From NCBI GenBank assembly GCA_964106645.2, contig OZ067043.1: 64,000 nt of DNA, one strand, 5' to 3'. A program made the translations under genes and the position numbers. This DNA is from Podarcis pityusensis. Lineage: Eukaryota. This document shows, in pieces, positions 1-12,396 of the stretch; positions within the stretch are counted from its first letter, which is position 1, and every line of letters starts with the position of its first letter. A model generated the notes under the pieces. That model made no database searches. It saw nothing but the letters and a program-made list of their open reading frames with translations, and was not told the origin of the DNA.

Positions 1-3000
1 TGGGTTATATATTACATGAAAGTTAGCACCAGGATTGACAGCTGCAGAGATTACTGCCTGCCCTGGATAGTGCCTTAAACAAAGCTTTTGTACCTTGGCA
101 AATTAGGGGGGGGGGGGGACTGGGACTGGGAAGGGGAATACAGCCAGTCAAATCTACTCATCTACTTGGCAGGCATTCTGCTGTCAGCCTATTTGAATCT
201 CTGGCTTTAATAAAGACATCCAGAGTTCTCTGCACTTCTGCATTTCAGAGTGGGGGAATGAAGAATAGTTTTGATTTTCTTTCCTCACAACAAATAGATG
301 TATGTGGTGGGATTTGGGGGATCCTATCAAAATAGCCTAGGCAGAAGATGTCGATCCCACATAACTGGATGCAAGGCATCCATCCAGCCTCAGTACTTGA
401 ACTGAGATAGTTCTTATAAGTTGCCATTCTGTACATGAATTCCCACCCCCCACTGGAGGGGGGTTTTTTGGCTTGATTTATTTTTTATAAATTATAATGT
501 AATTGCATGGACAAAGAATAACCTGCCACTGACAGAGCACAGCTCAGTCGTTATCCATGAGATGCTAAAGTTCAACAGAGAGGCCCGTTACTAATCATAT
601 CAACCAGCTCTGACCCCACATCACCTTCTGTGTCTGTAATAATTATTTTTCCCCTGTAAGACTTTCTACTTCTTTTGCCCTAGATTCCATCTCCAGAAAT
701 AGATTTCTCTGGAAGTAGGCAGGGGATTGTGCAGTTGGCATGTGTGGTTTGTGGGTAGGTGAGCACTCATTTGCAAGGCGACCTTTTTGATTAATTCTGT
801 CTCCAGTATTTGTGTGGGAGAAAGGGAGGCAGGGAGTGTTAACACATAGTGTATAGATATAGAAGAGCTGGTTCTATTATAGCTATGTACCTGTGAGAGC
901 AAGATGTATATTCCGCCCATGTTCTCTACATGCATCAAATTTATTTCTCCGGACCAAGGGGTTTATTGCATAATGTAGTCAGGCACGTTTCCCCACATCT
1001 GGGTCGATAAACAGAGGCAAGCTGTGATTTGTTAGTGAGTGAAGGCTGCAAATCAGTAGGAATGCTTCTCCTGTAATGTAGCCTAAATATTTCTATGCTT
1101 TGGCAATGCCTTTTCTGTGTACCATTTAAAGTACACAGAACCCTTTAGGAAAGGGGTGGGGAACCTCAGGACCAAATGTGCCCCTCCAGGCTTCTTTACA
1201 CAGCCCTCAGCCTTCTCCCCAGGCCACTAGGCTCAACAGCTCTGCTCTTCACCCTCCTTGAGTACTTTTGCATGGCTGGAATGTGAACGATGGTAATGTC
1301 TCTTGCTTGTGCAGATGGAGGAGGATGGTGCATTGGCTTGTGTGTGTACAAACTTCTGGCTTTTGCATGGATGGAAATTAGCTTAGTCTACAGTGTTAAT
1401 AAGGGGCACACCCTTTGCTCTGGCCACTCCCATTTTGTCTCTAGCCCTGCCCATCACTGGCACGCAGACACCAGAAGGTGACCCCGTGTGCTGAAGCAAG
1501 TTTCCTACTGTGCCTTATGAAAACAGTAATTTACAGACAATATCTATTGTGCTCATAGGACTAGTTCAAACCAATGGAAACCTCCAGCTTTGGCAAGGCT
1601 TGTAAAGCATTTTGTGCAAATCTAAATACCTGCATAAATGATGAAATGATGATGATGATGTCTTGTTGTTCTGGGATAAAGCCTGCCTGATTGAGGTTGA
1701 TATAGTGGCCAATAATTCTACTAAGGTGGGAGGTGAGGACCACAGTGGGGGAAATTGTGTCCTGGTTCAAAAGAGCAGGTTCTTATGGTTGGCTGGTTTT
1801 TGTTGTAATCGCTGTGACCCTTGCTTCCATCCACACATAAGGCAGAGGCTTCTCCTGTAAAATAGCATTAGATAGGACACATGGGCATAGCCAGGATTTT
1901 TGTTGGGGGGGCAGGCTTTTGTTACGAGGGTAGAACCTCAGATTTGTATTGATTTGGATTGGTTTTTATTTATTTAGGAGGGCAGCCTAAGTTAGACAAG
2001 ACTTGTTTGTTATACAATAAATAAAGCAATAAAATTCCCATATGAATGTGGGAAAGCAGATGCACCCAGAGGCTTTGTAGAGCACTTCATGCATATGTCA
2101 GTTCTGTCATTCAAAGTCTATGTGCCAGATCTCCAAAATTCTGAGACGGAGTTAAAAACCCAACACTCCAAAAATGTTTTGTGTTCTCACATTTTGTCAG
2201 GGGTGGGTTTTGTTTTTGGGGTTTTTTTTGTTTTTTTGTTTTTTAGAGTAATGTATGAGTTCCACAAACACAAGGGTTGCACAGACACTTAATATTGACT
2301 TGTGTTGACTTATTCTAATTCTGGCACATGTCAGCTGTGTCTTAGCAGTGGCTTTGGCATGGATCTTCTGTTTTGCTGTGAAATTATCTCATATGCGTTC
2401 CAATCTCTTGTCTCCAGCCTGCACTGCCTTCTGACCATCTGGTTGCCTAATGTTACTCAATTGGTCTGTTACGTTACCCTTGTGGTGCCAAATGTCTTTG
2501 AAGTAACTAGAAATCTCCCAACCCGTATAGAAAAGAACTAGGAGCTGGTGTTGTGGGGCCTGAGAATCACATGCATCTGGGTATTTGCTGTTCTCTTTGA
2601 AGCATTAAAGTTGTGGTCCTGGGTGTAAGTCTCATAGAATCTGGTGTTACTCGCTTCTGAGCAGACCTGCGTAGCATTGTAGTATAAGGTTTTGTTTTGT
2701 TTTTAAAAAGCAACTCAGTGTTCTCTACTGTACACAGCAAATTGAGTTTTCCTTCATCTGCCTGATATTTGGAGAGGTGGGAGCAGAAATATCCTAAGAA
2801 ATACTGGCAAGACTCGCAGCCCTTTCTAAAGATGCCTGTATTAATTTTGTGTTTAAAATGATGCCTTGGGGTATAGTGGAATTTAAATGTAAATTGTATG
2901 TCCCAGATTTGTATTCAGTTTGTTCTGAGATTTTTTTAAAAAAATTAACAATATATCTTGGATTAAAGTCAGGTGACGCTTTTCTTACATCAATTCATTC

Positions 3001-3335
3001 TTTTGTGATGGTGGGAAATGAAATGATGACATGCATTGATGGAATTATATGATGATCTTGCTACAGCTACTGAAGTCTTGCTATATCTACCAAAGGATGA
3101 GAATCACCTAACCAGCCCCCTTAGTGGAAATCCTGCACAAGGACTTCCACTTGCACAAAGGGGCTTCTTCCTCTCTCCTTTCCCTATGCACCCACTGGAA
3201 TTGGTTTAGGGAAGGGGGTCTGGAGGACCCCCAGAACAGCGTGTAGAGGAGTCATTCTACCTGGCAGGCTGCAGTGTTTCCACAGATGGAATGTTTGGAA
3301 GAGTGCAACATTGAGTGCTGCCCAAAGCTTTTAAC

Positions 3336-3632
3336 TTAAGAAGAGCCTGTTGGATCAGGCCAAAAAGGCTCATCTGGCCCAGCATCCTGTTCTCACAGTG
3401 GCCAAACTATAGGAAGCCAATAAAAAAACCAGGACATGAGTGCAACAGCACTCTCTCCAAAAGCAATTACCAGCAACTGTTACTCAGAGGCATACTGCCT
3501 ATGACAGCGGAGGTAGAATGCAGCAATCTTGGCTAGTAGTGGCTAGGAATTTGTCCAATCCTCTTTGAAAGCTATCCAGTTTGGTGGTCGTCTTGTGGGA
3601 ACCAATTCCATAGTTTAACTATGTGCTGTGTG
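3336..3632 (-). mobile_element. CR1 LINE 3' fragment
   Basis: Resembles squamate CR1 3' ends (AAGAAGAGCCTGTTGGATCAGGCC...CCAGCATCCTGTTCTCACAGTGGCC); a related fragment in the opposite orientation lies at ~10225-10315. Confidence 0.6.
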
Positions 3633-3865
3633 AACACATAGTTCAGAAGAAGTGCTATTTTTCTAGAAAAAGAGGTGCCAGAACTCACCATGAATGCCTC
3701 CATCGTTCTCTTATAATGGCAAAGGCACCCAACTGAAAAATGCCAGAACTAAGTTCTAATGAGTTCCAGCTGGGGGGGAAACCCTGGCTACTGCTACAGA
3801 AGAGGAGGCTTCTATCAAGGACACCTTGCTCAAGGCTGCCCCCCAACATGGCCAGCTGGCCCATG

Positions 3866-4371
3866 AAGCAGAGACATCACCTTGCCAACAAAGGTCCGTA
3901 TTGTTAAAGCTATGGTTTTCCCAGTAGTGATGTATGGAAGTGAGAGCTGGACCATAAAGAAGGCTGATCTCCAAAGAATTGATGCTTTTGAATTATGGTG
4001 CTGGAGGAGACTCTTGAGAGTCCCATGGACTGCAAGAAGATCAAATCTATCCATTGTGAAGGAAATCAGCCCTGAGTGCTCACTGGAAGGAGCACTCAGC
4101 CCTGAGTGCTCACTGGAATTGAAGCTGAGGCTCCAATACTTCGGCCACCTCATGAGAAGAGTCGAGTCCCTGGAAAAGGTCCTGATGTTGGGAAAGATGG
4201 AGGGCACAAGGAGAAGGGGACGACAGAGGACAAGATGGTTGGATAGTGTTCTTGAAGCTACCAGCATGAGTTTGACCAAACTGCGGGAGGCAGTGGAAGA
4301 CAGGAGTGCCCGGCATGCTCTGGTCCATGGGGTCCTGAGGAGTCGGACATGACTAAACGACTAAACAACAA
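3866..4371 (+). mobile_element. 5'-truncated RTE/BovB LINE (3' end of RT ORF plus tail)
   Basis: ORF 3882-4352 encodes the typical BovB C-terminus (TKVRIVKAMVFPVVMYGSESWT...RIDAFELWCWRRLLRVPWTARRSN...RGRQRTRWLD); ends GACTAAACAACAA. Confidence 0.93.
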
Positions 4372-4447
4372 GAAGTTACCTCAGGCAGCAGAGGCCCAAG
4401 AAGTGGTGCGCCCACAGACAACCCATCTGCCCCACCACTGGTGGGGT

Positions 4448-4471
4448 AGCAGCAGCAGCAGCAGCAGCAGC
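4448..4471. repeat. (AGC)8 microsatellite
   Basis: Direct reading of the sequence. Confidence 0.9.
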
Positions 4472-5810
4472 ACTGGCTTCCAGCAAAAGATCTTGCCAGA
4501 ACCCACTACCATGCTTCACGGGCACTGCCATGCAACCAAGGTAAGGGAGGTGGAGGCAGTAGCACGCATGTTTCTATTTCGCCTCAGGCGGCAAAACAGG
4601 ATGCACTACCCCTGCCTCCCCAAGCCCTGGAGCCAGCACTAGAGATAGTGGTTCATGTGCTGATGCAAAGTGGGTTTAACTGTACTCTTGAGTTCCACAT
4701 AACTCTTCATTGGACAGAAGCACTGGTGATGAAACTCGGTCTGGAAAGTTCCATGATCCATGAAAGCACTCTCACTCCTATTCGAGTTTCCCTGTTAAAT
4801 ATAAATTTCTCTAACTTGGATCGATGTATTTCAGCCTACTCTTATTATGAGTCATGATCACAGAGTGTCTTACACCGTACAACTGTCTATATTGATCACA
4901 GAATGGTGCCACCCACGGAAACACAACAGAGAAGTTCTTACCTTCACCCCAACTCATCTTCAGATCCTTTCCCACCTTGTGATGTAAAAAGAGAGCAGTG
5001 ATTCACCACAGATGCTCGGACAGCAAAATCTAGAACATGCGTGCTTTGTCTTCGGAGCATGCAAGGATACTGCACTGCAATAAAAGCATGAAAAGTGTTT
5101 CTGATATACTCCCAAGCATGTGGGTCAAACCTAAAACTGATCACACAAGGCAAGAAATAAAATGGTGAACAACCATTATCTTCCATACTGGCATGAAGTG
5201 TGGGGGGGGGGGGAGGAATGTATATTTTCAGAGATAATATTGGAATAACAGCAATGGGAGAGGCAGTATATGTTTATCTACTATGGAGTCAGGAAAAATG
5301 GTTATGCTTAAAAGTACCCATAAGCCAAGAGGATGGAATTTGAGATAAAAATATTTTAACCAACAGGACTTCCCCTGTTGGTTAAAATATTGATTATTGA
5401 TTTTTGTTGATTACATTATTGTTAGGGTACAAGAGCAGGCAGAAGCCTTGGATAGCAAATGGAGCTGATATGTAAAAGCACATGCTGCAAAGAGCAGTCT
5501 AGATCTACACTCTGAACTTGGTTTGATGGAAAAATCATAACCCCAGCAAACCCCATGAAAGTCTGTCCTCACCAAGACCGATATTCTACTAGCATCATTT
5601 CTGATGTATCCCGGTTGGACAATACATGTTCTGAAAGTTGCATCCTGCAACCTTTTTGCATTTCCACTGTCTTTCTGCTTGCTCTAGCTATCGAAGTTGG
5701 TGAGCTCTATCCTGTTTGAAAGGGGTCATGTCTCAAGAATGGCAGAGCTATTTGGCAGTTACCTTGGATACCTCAAACTGGTGGCATTTGCACGGTTAGC
5801 CAAAGAACAT

Positions 5811-5958
5811 GGAATCATGAAATTGTAGAGTTGGAAGCGACCTGAGTGTCAAATAGCCCAACCCCTGCAATGCAGGAATCCAGCCCAGAGCCATCCCTGG
5901 ATGGGCTCGAACCACCAATCTTCTGGTTAACAACCAGACACACTGACTTATTGCACTA
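5811..5958 (-). mobile_element. tRNA-head/CR1-tail SINE
   Basis: Reverse strand shows a GGTTCGAGCCC B-box head plus a CR1-like tail (TCCAACTCTACAATTTCATGATTCC). Confidence 0.65.
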
Positions 5959-8900
5959 CATGTGGGGAAAGGAAGCAGGAAACTGTGTGGATAGGACTCG
6001 ATTGACTGTAACTGACTAAACCATACTCTGAGTAGACCCAGTGTAATCGGTGGACTTAAGTTAGTCAAGCCCATTGATCTCAATGGATGTACCCTGAATA
6101 TGACCTAGTCAGCTACGTCCTCATGTGAATTGGCCAGCACAATGGCATGCAAGCCGTAGGGAACAAGCTGCCCACTCTGTGCTCAGAATAGTTACAATAA
6201 CCCACACAGTCTGTAAAGAAGAACATGATTATTCTGAGCATTTAGGAATTTGGGAAGCTGCCTTTTGCAGAGTTAAGACCATTGGTCCTTGAGCACGATA
6301 TTGTTCTCAATGACTGACCCTAGGTCCCCACAGTTTGAGAGAGGGACATTCCTGGCCATAGCTGGAGACGCTGGGCATGGAACCTGGAATCTTCTGCATG
6401 CAAGGCAGACAAACGGCTACTGAGCTACAGCCCTTCCACAAAGAATTAGTTTACACAAAAGATATCAACAAGAATCACAGATACTATCCTTCTCTAAATG
6501 CCTTCCCCTTTAAATATCTGTACAATAGGTATTTGTACAGCTCCTGAGATTATTAATCATTTTTACATAGGCAGAAAATAATGGAATTCATGTTTTTTCA
6601 TTTTCTTCAGAGGCTCAAAAGACACTATAATCATTCTAGATGGCTCAGCCCATGCTCCAAATTGATATATTCTCGTCCATAACAATAATAGGATTATTGG
6701 ATCCCAACCAAGGATTTATATCTTGCTATTTAATTTTTCAACATGAGGTCAGATTGATTAATGTGTATTAGATGCACGGATGGAATCTTGAGATAGTCCA
6801 AGGAACAAATTCTGAGTGCTTGTCTTGAAAGAGACTTGATAGTCTCTCCACTGTGTGCTGATCTCCTTCCCTTTAAAAGTCAGCCCTCACACATCTCTGC
6901 AGAGCAGTAGTGCATCAGTGAATCATAAATAAATTACAGAACTAACTAGCTATTTTTGAAGAGCATGCAGTTTAGGTAATGCATATGCTTCCTCCCTAAT
7001 CCAGCTCAAGGAACGAGATTGATTGTCAAGCCCACCTGACAGCATCTGGAAAAACCATCTTCATTGGTCATGTTTCTGTCTGAGATGTTCAGTTCTGCTC
7101 CATCAGCCGTTTGAAGAAGGCTATTGGTATATGCTTGATTACAAGGTCATTTCACCCAATGGATACCTCTCTTCTATTAAGTTTCATCAGAAGGTTAGAT
7201 GTGACTTCCAAGGGCAGCAAGAGGACTGTCCAGCCCATGGATTAAATAAATGTAGTAGAAACCACAAGAATGGCAAGAGTATTTATGAGAGGTGCACATT
7301 TGCTCTGTGTGCACTCTGAATTAAAAGGCAAATGGGCTGATCGGATGACATTTCCACCTGCCTGAGTCAAAGTGTGCCTTTCAGCAAGATGCCTCAAGTC
7401 AGTTCAGGGACTCCCTAAAGTCTCAAGTTGTTCTGTGGTCTCAGGCGTCCAAAAAATCCTGAATTTTGTCACTTAGAATAAAGCTGCATATATATTTTTA
7501 AAAGCAAAACCAAGCTGATGAATGAAATGCTGAGCTTGAGTGGAGAGATCTTTTGTTTTGATGGACAGCTCTAGGTTTTCATTGCAGTGAATTGTTTCCC
7601 CGTGGCATGCCAATTACTGTGATTTGGGAAATAGATGTTCTGCCTGGGAAAAGCAGGGTGTGCAGAAGAGCAGTGGACTATTGGCATCCTTCTCAATCAC
7701 TTTCCCCCCTAACAATTAAAATCAGTAGTTCAATCACCTTGTTTTTACACTGCTCATATTTTCTCCCCCGTTTGTGTTAATCTGGTTCTTAGTCTGCAGA
7801 CTTTTAGGAGAGATCAGCATAGGGTCACTCAACTTTCCCTCTCTCTCAGTTCAGTTGTAGAGCTTTTTGTGTAACTAGTTTCTTTTTATTCTAATCACTT
7901 TGTTTTCCAACAAACACCTACTTCATTTTTCATGCCATTTGTTTTCTCTTATTTTTCCTTAGGTTTGTTTGTGCGAACTTCTCGCAAGTCCCCACATCTC
8001 TTTGTGTGCATGTGTTTTTCTTTCCACCCTCACCCCCAGTTTTAACTTACTTGCTCAAAGTTTTATACTCCTCTCTTCATTTTAGGGTACCTGTAATTTC
8101 GCTGTGTTGCATTATTGCTGTCCGGTATTAATATTTTTTTATTAAAGTTTTCTCCCGCTTTTAAGTTTGGTGCTCTTTCCCCACTCAAGTAAGCCTGCTT
8201 GTCCCTTAAAGTAAGCTCCTATTTGCATTGCTCATTGCCAGCCTATTATTGCCCATAAAACGCATGGGGAGGTTAAGTGGTTTCTATTTTATCCACCCCA
8301 AAATAGAAAAGTCTTGTCCTTGCAGGAGAACCACTCCACCTATAACATGCTTCATCTCTTGAAATAAAAATTTAAAAGACATTGAAATACACTCACAACA
8401 GTGGACTAATTTATGTAAAATATATTGCAGCCATAGTGAAAAATGTATGCTTATCTGATTTAAACAAGAAGACATAGCTGAAACAGATAATCTAAAAGCA
8501 GAACATTATCGGGATATGTTGCATTTTATTTCTGCAGCACAATATAAAGTATGCTTTATACTGCAAGCAGCTCTAAATTTATCTTAATGGGCCTTTTAGT
8601 TATACATATAAAACCACCTATCATTTTACTTGCATATAGAGTACTTTACTTGAAACCTACAGTGCAAACCAATTGCTGACAGTTCAATGACCACTTGCCA
8701 CATTTCTCTTACATAACTCTTTCCATTTTGACAACATGCCCATTATTTTAAATTTATTATTGTAGTTTACTCCATGGAGATCTTCTTGATACTCAAGAGC
8801 GTTTGGAAAACAACCCCTCCCCTTTTCCAAAGTCAAGGAGTCTGTGCTTTCAAAGCAAGCGTGGAATCCTATGTACACCTACTTGGACACAAGGCCCACT

Positions 8901-10087
8901 GAAAACTGTAGGACTTGCTTCTGAGTAAACATGCGTAAGATCAAGCTGTACCAGAGAGCTGAAGAAATATCCAGTCTAGAAACATGTGTTTGATTCTGCT
9001 TTCAGTGTGCCTGTTCTGGATGCTAAGACACTACGGTTCCATTGAAAAATAAGTCAGCTTTTGTGAATGTTCTATAGTTCACTGTGCAAGCACGGAATTT
9101 TGGATCAGACTATAAACTGCTTATATGTAGGACCTTATAAAAGGCCATTATTCTTTCCAAGTTTTTGTTGTTATGGTTACAAAGACAGGGAAAATGCGGG
9201 CAGAATTCTCATGATAGCTAAGTGCCTTTCTAAGCCTTGAAAGAGGAACCTCCACATACAGAGGCAGTATAGGTATATCTGAATGTCACATGCAGAAACA
9301 AACAACAGAGGCTGTGCTCAATTTGAAAGCATCCAGAGCAATTGGGTTGACTTCAGCTGGAAACAAAACACTGTATTTGGTGGTCCTTGGACAGAGCAAG
9401 GCAATTTGTATTTTCTTCCTCTTATTGCCTTGCTTATTTGGAGGGTCACCTAGAAAAGCATTTTTGTTTCCAGCTGAAACTAACTCAGTGCCTCTGGATG
9501 CTCATTAAGTGAACCGCTGTAGGTTTTCAGGGTCTGGCTTACTCCCCACTCCCCTCAATCCTTCCTTTCCTTAGCAGAGAGATGGCTAACCTGTGGCCCT
9601 CCCAGCTGTTGTCCATCATCCTTGGCCACAGGCTATGCTGACTGGAGCTGATGGGAGCTGAAAATTCAGTGGGTCAGCCTCCCCAGCCCTACTATGGTGT
9701 GTATCCAGCGTGTTTACTCACGAACTGTCTGAAGAGATGCCTGGCATTGTTAAGGCAGCAGGGACTGAAGGTTTCTTGTTCATTCATTCTATTTTTAACT
9801 CTCTCTTTCTCCACGGAGGTCAAGGTGCCTGTGTGGCTTCCCTTAACTCACTGTAATAGCCTTGTGCAGTAGATGTTGACTTGCCCAAGGTCATACTGAA
9901 TGCTCTGACTTTTTAGAGGCCAGATTTGTATACCTCCCCCCACAATATTTCATTTCTTAAAATGTATACACGGCTTGACTTGGTTTGTGTTTTTTTGTGG
10001 GGTTTTTTTGTTTTTGTTTTTCAAAAAAGAGCCCTCAAAGCAGTTTGCAAAAAGAAGCCAGCAGTAATCTTGCGCCTTGTTGGTAAA

Positions 10088-10200
10088 ACAGGGGTTGCCA
10101 AGGTGACGGCCAGATGTTGATGGACTACAACTTCCATCCTCCCTAACCACTGGCCTTGCTGGCCGAGGCTGATGGAAGTGGGAGTCTCATCAAGTGAGGA
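10088..10200. repeat. Short squamate hAT-derived GGACTACAACTCCCA MITE (representative; relatives at ~9580-9690, 16778-16890, 21370-21482, 27780-27910, 37710-37820)
   Basis: Recurrent CAGATGTTGNTGGACTACAACT(C/T)CCATC...GCTGATGGGAG(T)TGTAGT motif. Confidence 0.55.
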
Positions 10201-10553
10201 GCACTCTATTGCACTCCCATTCCTGCTTAATGGTTTCCTATAAGTAACTTGCTCACCAAGGTGAGAATAAGATGCTGGCCCACATGGGCCTTTGGCCTGA
10301 TCCAGCAGGGCTTTGGGGTCCAATGATCTGGAGGGTCACAAGCTCCCTACTCCTGCCATAAACTCCAGAGATAAACTGCTAGTATAAAAGTATTTTAATA
10401 ATGATAGCCTCAAGCTATACCAAGGAAGGGGCAACCACAGGGCACAAAACTGTGCCTGAAATTTAATCCACACAGAGCTGAGGCCAATTAGACTCACCGG
10501 CATTGGGGACAATGAAGCTGGCACCATCCTCTGCCCTTGGTTTTGATGGAAAA

Positions 10554-11102
10554 CAGGGGTGCCAACTTGAATAAAATATTGGTGGGGGGGCAGATAAGCC
10601 CCACCCTGTATGATCAATCACAAAATGTGGTGTGCACACACCATTTTAATGGCAATACCAGGTGGCGCTGTGGGTTAAACCACAGAGCCTAGGACTTGCC
10701 GATCAGAAGGTTGGCGGTTCAAAGTCCTGCGACGGGGTGAGCTCCCGTTGCTCGGTCCCTGCTCCTGCCAACCTAGCAGTTCAAAAGCACGTCAAAGTGC
10801 AAGTAGATAAATAGGTAGATAAATACCTCTCTCTGGCGGGAAGGTAAACGGCGTTTCCGTGCGCTGCTCTGGTTCGCCAGAAGCGGCTTAGTCATGCTGG
10901 CCACATGACCCGGAAGCTGTACGCCGGCTCCCTCGGCCAATAAAGCGAGATGAGCACCACAACCCCAGAGTCAGTCACGACTGGACCTAATGGTCAGGGA
11001 CCCTTTACCTTTACCCATAAACTCGGGGGTGGGGGGCTGGCCCCTCCAATACTTTATGGGGGGGGTCAGTGGGATCTCAGCTCCCACGAGTTGGCTCCTA
11101 GG
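10554..11102. mobile_element. hAT-type MITE interrupted by the Sauria SINE
   Basis: Imperfect 14-bp TIRs CAGGGGTGCCAACT / AGTTGGCTCCTAGG; flanking 8-bp duplication GATGGAAA (10545-10552, 11102-11109); boundary uncertain by 1 bp. Confidence 0.65.
10658..11015 (+). mobile_element. Sauria SINE (near full length)
   Basis: tRNA-like head GGTGGCGCTGTGGGTTAAACC, core CCTGCCAACCTAGCAGTTC...GTAGATAAATAGGTA, tail CCTTTACCTTTACC. Confidence 0.92.
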
Positions 11103-11149
11103 ATGGAAACAAATGGCGTGGGAGCTGCAGGTGGAAAGGAGGGAGCCTG

Positions 11150-12260
11150 CTCTCGGCAACCAAAGATGGAAAGCATCCCTCGGCGAGATCCGGAGCTATT
11201 TCAGGGCTGCTTCGGAGCCGCGCGTGGTTCTTCCCTCCGCCCCGATTCTTCCCGCCATCGGCATCTTCGCCGCGCTGCCAGGAAGCGCCCCCTCCCTTCC
11301 CCTCCCCGGGGGGCGCGCGCGCAGACACACCTGTCGTCCATCTGCTCGTCCTTCCCGCCCATCCCCGCCCCCGCGGGAAGGAAGCCTCGCGAAGCTCGCG
11401 CGTGTGTAGCGGGGCGCCGGTGGGCGCCACACCTACCGCGGCGGCGGGGGAAGGAGCCTCTCGCGAGGCCCCCACCTCCTTCACGCGCTCTCCAAAATCT
11501 CCACACCCCCCCCAACACACACATACTCCTCCCCGCAAAAAAAGGGGGGACAGGCAGCGCGCGAATGGGCGCCTTGTGAGCATGTGCGGAATACTAGCTG
11601 GAACTGGTTTGGCGGAGGGCGCTTGTGAGCTGCAAGGAGCGGCTGGCTCGTCCTGCGCGCCTCGCCACAGCCGACGAGGCTCCGGGCGGCGCAGCAGCGC
11701 CCTCCCCTCTCCTGCCATTGGCAGCCCCGGCCAGGCTTCCTTCCCCCGCCGTCGGGAGCGGCTGGGTGTTCTCCTCTTCCTCCTCCTCCAGCCCGGCCTC
11801 CTCGGTCTTCTCAGCCCTTGCGCCGCGCCGCCCGCAGCCCTTGGCCGCCTTCGGGGCCTGCCTCTTCCGATCTCCGGGCGCGGCCCGGCGAAGGTGGGCG
11901 TGGCGAACCCGGGGCTTTCGCAGCCCCCCGACGCTCCTCCCCTTGGAAGTACATAACGGGAGCGGATGGGGCTGGCTGAGTGAGGGAGGAGGGTGAGTGT
12001 GCGCGGCCAAAGCTCGCTTGCGCGGCTCGGTTACTTTGTGTCTTTTTCCAGCGCCGGTTCCATCGTCCGCCCAGCAGCCGCTGCCCGGATCTCCGCAGGG
12101 CAGGCCCCGGCCCGGCTCTGGTCTCTCGCCCGTCGTCCACTCCTCCTTCTTCGCCCGGGAGCTGCTCGCTGCTGTTGTTGTTGTCGTGTGTTTTTTCTCA
12201 ATGAACAGGGCGAGACCCGGCTCTGCCCTTCTGCCGTAGTGCGATTCCTTCTCTTCGCTT
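11150..12260 (+). promoter_or_regulatory. CpG island 1: internal promoter and 5'UTR of the short DLGAP4 isoforms
   Basis: Very high GC and CpG density against a CpG-depleted background; directly upstream of the MALCLEL exon; CGCG elements (e.g. TCTCGCGAGG at 11459-11468); additional GTGAGT donor at 11993. Confidence 0.88.
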
Positions 12261-12365
12261 TCAAGGCGAAAGGAAGAACAGTCTTCTCTCCTCTTTTCTC
12301 TTTTCTTCTCTCTCTCTCTTTCCCTTCTTTCTCCCTTTTTAGCCCCCCCCCCCCCATCTTGTGTC

Positions 12366-12396
12366 ATGGCTTTGTGTCTGGAGCTATTTAAACAAT
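12366..12396 (+). CDS. DLGAP4: DLGAP4 alternative first coding exon of the short isoform (MALCLELFKQ-C)
   Basis: ATG in strong Kozak context (gtcATGG) at the edge of a CpG island. The phase-1 donor T|GTGAGT at 12397 joins the phase-1 acceptor at 52870 to give KQ-C-SACLVGYKK. As recalled, this matches the MALCLELLKQC start of the mammalian short isoform. Confidence 0.9.

Noticed and set aside
3830-4279. 149-aa minus-strand ORF
   Set aside because: Antisense shadow frame of the BovB fragment.
7930-8095. Strong-looking acceptors (AG at 7962 and ~8086) as a possible DLGAP4 microexon
   Set aside because: No convincing downstream donor and no SAPAP-like peptide.
1-11000. Upstream exons of the long DLGAP4 isoform (GK-binding repeats)
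   Set aside because: No matching peptide seen; these exons presumably lie 5' of the window.
10950-12391. Many long overlapping ORFs (up to 257 aa) on both strands
   Set aside because: Expected stop-codon scarcity in a GC-rich CpG island; low-complexity Arg/Pro/Gly/Ala peptides with no recognisable domain.
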